Position numbers and translations under genes: made by a program. Of a stretch of DNA of 20,000 nt, positions 10,031 through 19,559 are shown in pieces; positions within the stretch are counted from its first letter, which is position 1, and every line of letters starts with the position of its first letter. Source of the stretch: Chiloscyllium plagiosum (taxonomy: Eukaryota); contig NC_057756.1 in NCBI RefSeq assembly GCF_004010195.1, forward strand, positions 5,629,661 through 5,649,660, written 5' to 3'. The notes below the pieces were generated by a model. That model was not told the origin of the DNA. It saw nothing but the letters and a program-made list of their open reading frames with translations, and made no database searches.

Positions 10031-10575
10031 GCTCCTACAGGTCTCCCCACTCCTGTAATGTCTTCCACCCCCTTACCTCTCCCCATTTCTACAATCTTCC
10101 CCCAGTCCCTACACCCCCTCTTTATCTCTGTAATCTCGACAAGCCCTTAGACATTTCACTATCAGTGTCATGTCCAGCAGTCCTTATACATTTCGCTATC
10201 TCTGTAACCGCCTCCAGGCCCTACAACCCCTCCCTATCTCTGTGACTTCTACCAGTCCCAACACCTCCTCCCTATCTCTGTAACCTCCTCCGTCCCCTAT
10301 ACTCCTGCCTATCTATGTAACCTCCTCCAGCCCCTACTCTCCCTCCCTATCTCTGTAACCCCCTCCATCCCCTACAACTCCTCCCTATCTCTGTAACCTC
10401 CTCTAGCCTCTATATCCCTCCCTATACCCCTCTGTGTAATTTGCTGCAGCCCTAACATCTCTCTCTTTAATCTCCTCCAGCCCTCTACCCCTCCTCATCT
10501 CTGTAACATGCTCCAAGCCCTACACCACCGCCCAACCTCACCCCCATTCACCCTGATCTCTGTAACCTTGTCTGA
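10030..10575. repeat. ~37-bp C-rich minisatellite; also at 9560-9645, split by the CR1 insertion
   Basis: Repeating CCCTCCCTATCTCTGTAACCTCCTCCAGCCCCTACA; followed by an L2-like remnant to about 10690. Confidence 0.85.
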
Positions 10576-10729
10576 CTCCCTCGATTTCTCTGCTCCTTCA
10601 TTTCCAGCGTATTCCTGATCCCCCTCATTCCCATTGCTGTGCTATCATCTGCCTAGGCCAAAATCTGTGGAACCCTTCTTCCTGAAACTTGAGCATTAAC
10701 ATTTAGACTTGAACAGGAGAAGCTGCGTT

Positions 10730-11092
10730 AGAGCTGAAAATGTGTTGCTGGAAAAGCGCAGCAGGTCAGGCAGCATCCAAGGAGCAGGAGAATTGACGTT
10801 TCAGGCATGAGCCCGTCTTCAGGAATGAGGAAAGTGTGTCCAGCAGGCTAAGATAAAAGGTAGAGAGGATGGACTTGGGGGAGGGGTGTTGGAAATGCGA
10901 TAGGTGGAAGGAGGTCAAGGTGAGGGTGATACAACCGTCGTGTTGCTATGGTCTGGCGATGGAGGAGTCCAAGGACCTGCATGTCCTTGGTGGAGTGGGA
11001 GGGGGAGTTGAAGTGTTGAGCCACGGGGTGGTTGGGTTGGTTAGTCCAGGTGTCCCAGAGGTGTTCTCTGAAACGTTCCGCAAGTAGGACTC
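10730..11092 (-). mobile_element. Penelope-like element 3' fragment: GIY-YIG endonuclease C-terminal part plus terminal repeat
   Basis: LAERFREHLWDTWTNQPNHPVAQHFNSPSHSTKDMQVLGLL contains the R..EH and VA.HF..H GIY-YIG motifs of PLEs; a hammerhead-containing terminus follows. Confidence 0.9.
10793..10824 (-). ncRNA. Minimal hammerhead ribozyme motif (PLE-associated)
   Basis: C-CUGAAGA-C-GGGC UCAU GCCU-GAAA-CGUC; core intact, stem II closed by a G-U pair. Confidence 0.6.
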
Positions 11093-11114
11093 CTCCATCG
11101 CCAGACCATAGCAT

Positions 11115-11600
11115 ACTTGGCTCATTGTGCTTGTTGTGCTAGCTCATTGGTCATAAGTTCTCACTCTGCAAGTAATTTTCTAACTCGCTTTTTGAAAGTT
11201 CCTGTTGAACCTGTTCTCATTTCCCTTTCAGGCAGCACATCCCAGATCACGATAACTTTGTGTCAAGAAAACACGTTCTCCTGCACTCAACCCCGCCCTT
11301 CCAGCTCTTTCTTTTCCTAATTCTCTTCAATCTATGTCCCTCTGGCAACCTCTGCCTCTGGTAACAGGGACTGCTAGTTGACTCTGTGGAAAGTTCTGGT
11401 GATTTTGAACTCCTCAATTAAATCTCTTCTCTACCTCCCTTTTCTCCAAAAGTCTTCCACATTCAGTAAAGTACTTCATCGCTGGAAACACTCTTGTGAG
11501 TATTTTCCACACCCTCTCTCAAGCCTTTGCTAAAATGTAGTGCCCAGAACTGGACACAATACTCCAGATGAGGCTGAACCAGTGTTTTATAAAATTCATA
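11115..11600 (-). mobile_element. CR1 LINE 3' fragment, decayed
   Basis: GTGCCCAGAACTGGACACAATACTCCAG is the antisense of LEYCVQFWA. Confidence 0.7.
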
Positions 11601-11629
11601 GTGACTCCTTTGATCTACCCTATCATTTT

Positions 11630-11785
11630 TTCAACTTTAAATTAGTGATGTGTTTGAACAGCAAACATTTTCAGGGCTATGGGGAGGGATGTAGAGTGGG
11701 AAGAACTGGAGAGACATTCAAAGAGCCAGCACAGAGGCAACAGGCTGAATGGCCTCCTCTGGTGCTGTACAAGTCAATGATTTAA
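11630..11785 (+). mobile_element. CR1 3' tail remnant
   Basis: CAGGGCTATGGGGAG...AAAGAGCCAGCACAG...GGCTGAATGGCCTCCTCTGGTGCTGTA. Confidence 0.75.
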
Positions 11786-11855
11786 TTTTCTTATCATTAA
11801 CTTCTGCTGTAATGATGAAAAAAATGCAGAGGAACAAGGGTGTGTTCCTTATTAG

Positions 11856-12393
11856 CTTTTTCGATTGGGTTTTACTTCATGCTTTGAGCACAAAGGCTGT
11901 GAAACCACCTGTGAAAGTTACAGACTCAACCTAGAGGCTTCTCTAACACATTGCAGAGCTCAGGCAAGCGCTCGGGTGTTCCACAGTGTCTGCAGGGGTA
12001 GGATCAGCACTGAGCTTGGGGACCAGACAGTCTCCAATGCTGCACTGGATTCAACAGGATGGGTTTTGGATCAGAAATTATTCCTTTGATAATGAGGATC
12101 CAGAGAGATTTCCTGGACAATGAGGAACCATGAAGATCCCTCAGATGGTGAGGATCCAAAGGGATCCTTTAGCGAATGAGATTGCAAAGTACACCAGTTA
12201 GTTTGGATCAGGTGAGCCAATCAGCTGGGTCGAAGAACAAACAAAAAGGTGTGTCTAATTCATGATTCATGATGGTGAGATTGGTGAGAGTTCTGAAGAC
12301 TCCATGTTCATCATCCTTCCCAGTAAATCAGCACAGATTGTACCTTCATTGGTACATCTTGTAGGCACTGTATTGGGTTCACTGAACAGGATC
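11856..12393 (-). pseudogene. Two candidate pseudo-exons (12195-12393 and 11856-11908) of an unidentified gene
   Basis: Acceptors TTTATTCTTTGATCCCCAG| and TGTAACTTTCACAG|; the phases join into one frame with five stops, all TGA; donors are weak or decayed. Confidence 0.35.
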
Positions 12394-12807
12394 CTGGGGA
12401 TCAAAGAATAAATGCAGCTGTATCCCAGCTTTATGTTTCCAATAAGGATTGTGTTATAATTACACAACCATTCACATCTAACAACACAAACTGGATCATT
12501 CACACATTAACACAAAACCCAGTTAATTGTGACAGTGTCTGATCATCAATAACTTGGTGACAGCTTCACACATGCTGGGGAGGAGAGTGGGGAGAGGTAT
12601 TCAAGGTTCTGTGAGAATCAGGGAGATTTTGGGGGGAAACCTGAGTCTCAGACACTTTCCCCCACTCTGAGCCCCAGGGAGAATTGGGCTCCTACACCCC
12701 CAACAGGGGAGCCTTGGCCTGTCTCCTCCCTTAACCCCAGCTCCATCAACAGGCAGGTAGCAGCAGAGTTCCCGGTCCCGTGGGCGAGATCAGCACAAAG
12801 CTGACTC

Positions 12808-13808
12808 ATGGAATCCTCATAGGAGAGGCTGGGGCCATTCAGCCCATCGGGTCTGCACCGGCCATCTGAAGATGGTCACATCCAGATCCACCCCACCCCC
12901 CCCCCTTTTCACCATGGTTAACCCACCCAACCTGCACAGCTCTGAACACTGTGGGACAATTCCCCATGGCCAATCCACACTAACCTGCACATCTATGGAC
13001 TGTAGGAGGAAACCAGAGCACCTGGAGGGAATCACTCGCAGACGCAAGGAGCACGTGCAAACCCCACATCGAGTCATATAGATGTACAGAGCAGAAACCA
13101 ACCCTTTGGTTCAACTCGTCCATGCCAACAAGAAATTCTAAATTAATCTCATCCCATTTGCCAGCATTTGGACCATATCCCTCCAAAACCTTCCTATTCA
13201 TGTCCCCATCCAGATGCCTTTTAAATGTTGTTATTGTACCAGCCTCCACCACTTCCTTTGGCAGCTCATTCCATGCACGTACCACCCTCTGTGTGAAAAC
13301 ATTTGCCCCTTTTGTCCTTTTTAAATCGTTCTCCTCTCACCCTAAACCTATGCTGTATAGTTCTGGACTCCCCTACCCCAGGGGTATGGGTAAATTCTAT
13401 TTACCTTACCCATACCGCTCAAGATTTTATAAACCTCTATTAGGTCACCCCTCAGCCTCCGCCGCTCCAGGGAAAATAGCCCCAGACTGTTCAGTACCTC
13501 CCTGTAGCTCAAACCCTCCAACCTCGGCAACATCCTTGTAAATCCTTTCAAGTTTCATAACATCCTTCCTGTAGCAGGGAGACCAGAATTGAACACAGTA
13601 TTCGAAAAGTGTCCTCATCAATGTCCTGTACAGCTGTAACATGACATCGCAACACCTATACTCAATGAAGGGAAAGCATGTAAAACCCCTTCCCTCTCCT
13701 ACCTACCTACCTGCAACTCCACTTTCAAGCAATGCCTAAGGGTGGAATTGAACCCAGGTCCATGGCGCTGTTGGGCAGTAGTGCTAACCACTGAGCCACC
13801 ACACTGCC
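12808..13808 (-). mobile_element. HE1-type V-SINE split by a nested CR1 (body and tail 12808-13070; head about 13730-13808)
   Basis: Antisense tRNA-like head GGAATTGAACCCAGGTCC..GTGCTAACCACTGAGCCACC..CTGCC, antisense V-domain GGAGGAAACCAGAGCACCTGGAGG, and a CR1-type tail. Confidence 0.85.
13071..13728 (-). mobile_element. CR1 LINE 3' fragment nested in the SINE
   Basis: Minus-strand ORF pieces MLQLYRTLMRTLFEYCVQFWSP, LFSLERRRLRGDLIEVYKI and VRAWNELPKEVVEAGTITTFKRHLD match the CR1 ORF2 C-terminus, with frameshifts. Confidence 0.95.
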
Positions 13809-13934
13809 CAGATACTGAATGGCAGCTGTTGAGCTTTAGGTTCAGGCTTGAGCTGTGATAATGCCTCTTCCCACTCTGCATTGGTTTTCAGTCTGCATGC
13901 CTACTCCTGGGGCGCTGTTTGAAAACAACACAAC

Positions 13935-14135
13935 TTGCAGAATCAGGCCATTCGGCCCATTGAGCTTGTTCTTGGCTGACCTGATTGCTCAAGCTTCATG
14001 TCTGTTCCTCATGAGCCTCAACTCCCTCATTAGTCAAACATCTGCCTGACTCAGCAGTGAATACACAGGAAGGCCCCACCCCGAGTGCTTTCTGGGGAAG
14101 GGATTTCCACACGTTAGAAAGTGGCCACTCTGTTC
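13935..14135 (-). mobile_element. CR1 3' tail remnant
   Basis: AGGCCATTCGGCCCATTGAGCTTGTTC...TTCTGGGGAAGGGATTTCCACA. Confidence 0.65.
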
Positions 14136-14324
14136 TTTGATCCTGTAACGTGGATACAGGGCGGTGGTCAATCAGCATCTCGAACCTGTTACATAAGATC
14201 AGGAGGAAGTCCATTCAGCCCCTCAGACCATATTAAATGCTGCCCACGGCCACATTCAAACAATCAGGGCCATACAAAGCAGTTTGTCTGAAATCCTGTT
14301 AAACAGCTGACTTCTGTCTTTGAG

Positions 14325-14469
14325 CTGACTTCCTGATCTCATTCACTGTGACACAGTCAGTCCTTTCGAATTAAATACACGGGAGAAGCACAGGAAGGAA
14401 CCATTCAGCCCAGGCAGAGTGCATTGGTACTTAGTCCCGGGCAAGCAATCGGACAGAACCAGGGTGAGT
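14325..14469 (+). other. Putative 5' non-coding exon / promoter-proximal region, copy 2
   Basis: Homologous to 7920-8066; donor AGG|GTGAGT (14464-14469); ACTTCCTG at 14328-14335. Confidence 0.4.
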
Positions 14470-14878
14470 AACGGCAACTCACTTCCAGGACCAACATCAT
14501 CCTGTGTTGACATTGTAACTCTGTAAAAACAGATTCCAATGATTGGTGGCTTCAAAATATTTCTGTTTAATATTAAGTTCGGGAGCCTAGTGTTGAAGTC
14601 GGTAGTATGGAGCATCTTTCTAGATTAGGGGAAATGCAGAGACATGAGCATTGTGGGGAGGTGAAGGGTGATATATAAATGCAAACCTTTCATTGGTTTA
14701 CTTGTTTGAAATTTTGTAGCTTTGCAGAGTACCTGTCACCCCAAAGGGAATTAGAGTTTTCAGTGAGGACGTTGTGTAAAAGTAGTTCTGATCTCTCGGA
14801 CAGGAGTGAGGTTTCATTAACTCCTTTCTCTTTCAGAGCCTTCGAGGGAGAAGCTGATGAAATATCTGGGAGCAGACA

Positions 14879-14918
14879 ATGATCAAGGGATCTTACTTCC
14901 TGCTGTTCCTTCTCCAAG
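14879..14918 (+). CDS. Signal-peptide (leader) exon, copy 2: MIKGSYFLLFLLQ + phase-1 G; probably of an Ig-superfamily (Siglec-like) receptor
   Basis: Start context ACAATGA, basic n-region and hydrophobic h-region, donor CAAG|GTAATG, acceptors at 14721-14727 and 14821-14836. A phase-1 leader exon is typical of IgSF genes. Remaining exons are not seen in the window. Confidence 0.6.
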
Positions 14919-14980
14919 GTAATGTCATCGTCATTTTGGACAGATTTACGATTTATCGTGTTTGTGACAGATTGTTCTTT

Positions 14981-15278
14981 GTAGAATTGCTACAGTGTGG
15001 AGGGAGGCCATTCAGCCTAGCAGGCTGGCTCCTACCCCACCAATGAGCATCCCATCCAGACGCAGCCACCCAGCCCACTCTAACCCCAGCATTTACTATG
15101 GCTAACCCACACATCCCTGGGCACTACAGGGCTATTTATGACCAAACCTGTACATCTTTACACCCACACAGGCACAGGGAGAACGTGCAAATGCCAGACA
15201 GTCACCCAAGGGTGGGATCGAACCTCAGTCCCTGCTGCTGTGAGGCAACAGTGTGATCCACTGAGCCATCATCCTGCC
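14981..15278 (-). mobile_element. HE1-type SINE
   Basis: Antisense head GGGATCGAACCTCAGTCCCTG..CCACTGAGCCATC and a CR1-type tail; the empty site is visible in the paralogue at about 9430-9445. Confidence 0.85.
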
Positions 15279-15345
15279 TCTTTCTTGAGCTCTGATTGGG
15301 AACTAATTCAGCAGGGAGCTGGGTTCCAGACTCCTCCTAACTTTA

Positions 15346-15545
15346 GGAGATAATGAGAACTGCAGATACTGGAGATTAGAGTCGGGAGTGTGGTGCTGGA
15401 AAAGCACAGTAGGTCAGGTAGCATCTGAGGAACAAGAGAATCAACGTTTCAGGTAAGAGCCCTTTGTCAGGAATGAGGCTGTGAGATGAAGGGGTGGAGA
15501 GATTAATGAGTGGGGGGCTGGGGGAAAGGTACCTGAGAGTGTGAA
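15346..15545 (-). mobile_element. Penelope-like terminal repeat fragment with decayed hammerhead
   Basis: GTGGTGCTGGAAAAGCACAGTAGGTCAGG..CGTTTCAGGTAAGAGCCCTTTGTCAGG; the core reads CUGACAA on the minus strand. Confidence 0.85.
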
Positions 15546-15980
15546 TACTAGGTCTAGCTCACTCAACACCCCTGTGCTCACTGACAAAAGTAGTGGAGGA
15601 GCACAGAGATCCCCAAGTGTATATTTTAAGTGAAAAGGAGATTACAATGGGTAGGTGTGGGGAAGGGCCTCAGTGGGATTGGATCTGAATGAGGCATTGC
15701 CATGCTCTAGGGCAGTAACAGGCTGAAGCAAAGCTCCTTAATAAGAACTGGAAAATGACCTCGACTCTGATGCCACCATTTTGATAACTATTCTGGATGC
15801 GGGTACTACGGGGTAAGTGAACTGATACATTCTGCAGTAGCTAAACCCAAAACACTACACATGTAGTATCTCCCACTCATCTTCCTCCTCCTCCTCTAAG
15901 CAAAACAAATGACTCTGTGTGGGAGGTTGGTAAGATAAGGATTTTTTTTTCATTTCTTTTGGCCATTTAGAGCAAAGTGA

Positions 15981-18240
15981 ATGGAGACTAGGGCAGTTGC
16001 ATGCTCCTCTTGCAGGATGTGGGAGGGAAGGGTCACCATTGGTGTTCCTACTGACTGTATCTGCTCCTCACTGACTGCGTTAGGGAGCTGGAACTGGAGC
16101 TGGGTGAACTTCAAATTATTCAGGAGGCTGAGGGGGTGATAGAGAGGGGTTATAGGGAGGTAGTCACATCTAAGTTACAGGACAAAGGTGGCTGGATGAC
16201 CGTCAGGAGAGTAAAAGGGAATAGGCAGACAGCGCAGGGACCCCCTGTGGCTGTTCCTCTCAATAATAAGTACACCACTTTGGATATTGTTGGTGGGTGC
16301 GACCTACCAGGGGAAAGCCACAGTGGCCCAGCCTCTGGCACTGAGCCTGGTTCTGTGGCTCAAAAGGGAAGGGGGAGAATAGGAGATCGATAGTGAGAGG
16401 AGATTCAATGGTGAGAGGAACAGACAGGAGATTCTGTGGACGCGGACAACACTCCCGGGTGGCATGTTGCCTCCCGGGTGCCAGGGTCAGCAATATCTCG
16501 GATCAAGTCCACAGGATTCTTAAGAGGGTGGAGAGCAGCCAGAAGTCATGGTACACATTGGTACCGATGAGATAAGCAGGGAAAGGGAGGAGGACCTGAA
16601 AAGTTAATATAGGGAGTTAGCTGGGAAGCTAAAAGGCAGGGCGCGCACAGTAATAATCTCAGAATTGTTACCGGTGCTACAGGCTAATGAGGTTAGGGAC
16701 AGAGAGTGAGTGCAGCTGAACTCATGGCTGCAGGGCTGATGTAGGAGGAAGGGCTTCAGACATGTGGATCATTGGGATACCTTCTGGGGAAGGTGGGTCC
16801 TGTACAGGGAGGATGGGTTGCATCTGAACTGGAGGGGCGCTGATACCCATGAGCGAGAGGCTTGCTACAGCGCTTCAGGAGGGTTTCAACAAGTTTGGCT
16901 GGGATATGGGAACCAGAACAGTGGATCAGAGGATGGGGTAGCTGGTGAACAGGCAGGTACAACGTGCAGAGAGTCTGTGAGGAAGGATAGACAGTTGTTA
17001 GGGCAAAGGTGCAGTCCGTGTGACAGGTTGGAGTGTGTCTATTGAAACACAAGAAGTATCAGGAGTAAGGGTGATGAACTTAGAGCATGGATCAATACTT
17101 GGAGCTACGAAGTTGTGGCCACTATGAAGATTTGGATGTCACAGGGCAGGGATGGTTGTTGGATGTTCCAGGGTTTAGATGTTTCAGAAGGAATGGGGGG
17201 AGGTGAAAGAGTGGTATTGCTAATCAGGAATAGCTGCAGAAAGGGGGGTTGTTGAGGAGGGTTTGTCTACAGAGTCAGTATGGGTGGAAGTCAGAAACAG
17301 AAAAGGAGCAGTCACCTTATTGTGAGTTTTCTATAGACCCCCCAATAGCAACAGAGACACGGGGGAGCAGATTGGGAGGCAGATTTTGGGAAGGTGCAGA
17401 AATAACAGGGTTGTTGTCATGGGTGACTTTAACCTCCTTAATCTTGATTGGAACCTCCTTAGTTCAAATAGTTTGGATGGAGCCGATTTTGTCCGGTGTG
17501 TCCAGAAAGGATTCCTGACTTAATATGTAGATAGGCCAACTAGAGGGGAGGCCATATTGGATTTGGTGCTTGGCAACGAACCAGGTCAGGTGTCAGATCT
17601 CTTGGTGGCAGAGCATTTCAGCGAGTGATCACAACTCCCTGATTTTACTATACTCATGGGGAGGGATAGGAGCAGATGATATGGGAAAGTATTTAACTGG
17701 GAGAGGACAAATTCCGATGCTATTACGCAGGAACTGTGGAGCATAAATTGGAACAGATGTTCTCAGGGAAATGCACATCAGAAATGTGGAAGTTGTTTCG
17801 GGAGCACTTGCTGCGGGTGCTGGATATTTTTGGAGGCAAGGAAGGGATGGTAGGGTGAAGGAACTTTGGATGACAACAGATGTGGAACATCTATTCATGA
17901 GGAAGAAGGAAGCTTACTTTTGGTTGAGGAAGCAAGGATCAGACAGGGTTCTAGAAGGTTACAAGGTAGCCAGGAAGGAACTGAGAAATGGACTTCGGAG
18001 AGCTAGAAGGGGACATGAAAAAGCCTTGGCAGATAGGATTAAGGAAATCCCCAAGACGTTCTACACTTGTGAGGGATAAGGAGATGGCCAGAGTGAGGGA
18101 AGGCCTGATCTGGGATAGTGGAGAGAATTTCTGCCTGGAGTTGGAGGAGGTAGGGGAGGTCCTTAATGAATTTTGCTTCAGTATTCACTCATTTCTGAGG
18201 ACAGCATGAAACAGGCTGATACGATCAAACAGGTTGATGG
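15981..18240 (+). mobile_element. CR1 LINE 5' part: ORF1 (Cys-rich N-terminus plus SGNH/GDSL esterase) and ORF2 AP-endonuclease; decayed, RT missing
   Basis: METRAVACSSCRMWE at 15981; GDSMVRG..CLPGARV at about 16399; endonuclease motifs GDFN (17422-17433), LDLVL and SDH (17624-17632); many stops and frameshifts; similarity ends near 18240. Confidence 0.9.
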
Positions 18241-18519
18241 TAAGTGAAAGTCTGGAAGACCAGGTGAGCTGGCTAGGGAGCAGCTCCTCATTGCCAAGAT
18301 TAAAACCTCCCATTTTGCAAAAGCAAGACAAGTTCTTTTCTACGTGTTCCTGCAGTCCTACAACCTTGGTGTCAGGTTCCTCAGTGTCCCCCCCCAACAA
18401 CCCTGCCTGCTGCCCCTGTGTTTCACTTGTTCATATCAATGAAGTCATGAATCTCAAGGCCATGTGGGTTCTCTCCTGCCTGAGGCTGAGCTGGTGCCTA
18501 ATCTTCTCAGTGGCCATGA

Positions 18520-18725
18520 TGTGGAGGTGCTGGTGTTGGACTGGGATGGACAAAGTCAGAGATCACAACAACAGCAGGTTACAGTCTAACAAGGTTATAT
18601 GAAATCACCAACTTTCAGAGCACTACCCCTTCACTGCACCTGATGAAGGAGCAGCACTCCGAAAGCTTGTGATTTCAAATAAACCTGTTGGTCTATAACC
18701 TGGTGTCATGTGACTTCTGCCTTCA
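18520..18725. mobile_element. Palindromic Penelope-derived non-autonomous element
   Basis: 18555-18633 is an imperfect inverted copy of 18640-18720. Confidence 0.85.
18637..18671 (+). ncRNA. Minimal type-I hammerhead ribozyme motif
   Basis: CAC-CUGAUGA-A-GGAG CAGCA CUCC-GAAA-GCUU-GUG: intact core, 4-bp stem II, CAC/GUG stem I and palindromic AAGCUU helix III. Confidence 0.75.
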
Positions 18726-18816
18726 ATCTTCTGGGGGCCAGTGACCCGGGAAGTTTTTCTCACTCTGTGCCAACTGCAGAGAGGTGGCAGTGAAACGCTC
18801 AGCAGCATATGCACTC

Positions 18817-18995
18817 ATAGAGACGTTGAAAACTGGAGCAGGAGCTCGCTCTGCCATTTAATATGATCACAGCTGACCGACCAACTCAGTCCCCATACCC
18901 TTTGTTCCTTTTATCTCCAAGAACTACCACGAACTCCTTCTCGAAAACATTCAATGTTTTGGCCTCGACCGCAAACTGTGACAGACAATTCCACC
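18817..18995 (-). mobile_element. CR1 3' tail remnant
   Basis: CTCTGCCATTTAATATGATCACAGCTGA..CCCCATACCCTTTG..CATTCAATGTTTTGGCCTC. Confidence 0.7.
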
Positions 18996-19074
18996 AGCTC
19001 CCCCATTCACTGCCTCAGCCCCAAATGGTTTTACCACCTCCCCTGGGGGGACCTGAGTATGGACCTGACAAGGG

Positions 19075-19556
19075 AGTCATGAAGGGAATAGTCTTTACGT
19101 AAAGTGGATAGGGGTGGAGAGGGAAATATGTCTCTGGTGGTGGGTCCATTTGTAGGTGGTGGAAATGGCGGAGGATGGTGCAATGTATATGGAGGCTGGT
19201 GGGGTGAAAGGTGAGGACAAGGGGTGGGGTTTCAGTCCTTGTTGCGGTTGATGGGGTAGGGTTCGAGGGCTTACGTGTGGGAAGTGGATGAGATGCGCTG
19301 AAGGGCATCATCGACCATGTGGGAAGAGAAATTATGGTCCTTGAAAAAGGAGGCCAACTGGTGTGTTCTGTGGCGGAACTGGTCTTCCTAGGAGCAGATG
19401 CAGTGGAGGCAGAGGAATTGGGAATAAGGGATACAGGAGGCAGGGTGGGAGTCATTGGGTTTTTAGAAGATGTCCATGCTGAGTCGGTCACTGTTGACGG
19501 AGATGGAGAGGTTCAGGAGGTGGAGGGAGGTGTCTGAGATGGACCAGGTGAATTTA
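19075..19556 (-). mobile_element. Penelope-like element, RT C-terminal/linker region
   Basis: Minus-strand frames give IPYSQFL, FFKDHNF and PPLVLTFHPTSLHIHCTILRHFHHLQMDP, typical of the vertebrate PLE ORF between RT and GIY-YIG. Confidence 0.85.
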
Positions 19557-19559
19557 AGT

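Noticed and set aside
12720..12808. GC-rich minus-strand stretch as a further exon of the TGA-rich pseudogene
   Set aside because: It abuts a SINE, has no acceptor and its reading frame cannot be determined.
13735..13808. tRNA gene
   Set aside because: It is the tRNA-derived head of a SINE, contiguous with the SINE body once the nested CR1 is removed; no full cloverleaf. The same applies to 1-165 and 15200-15278.
14728..14836. Separate small exon ending at GTGAGG (14806) followed by the acceptor at 14836
   Set aside because: The implied intron is only 31 nt, too short for a vertebrate; one exon with alternative acceptors is more likely.
18345..18450. Acceptor TTCCTGCAG at about 18355 as the V-set exon following leader copy 2
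   Set aside because: The phase-1 frame gives VLQPWCQVPQCPPPTTLPAAPVFHLFISMKS*, which is short and lacks the Ig C-W-C pattern.
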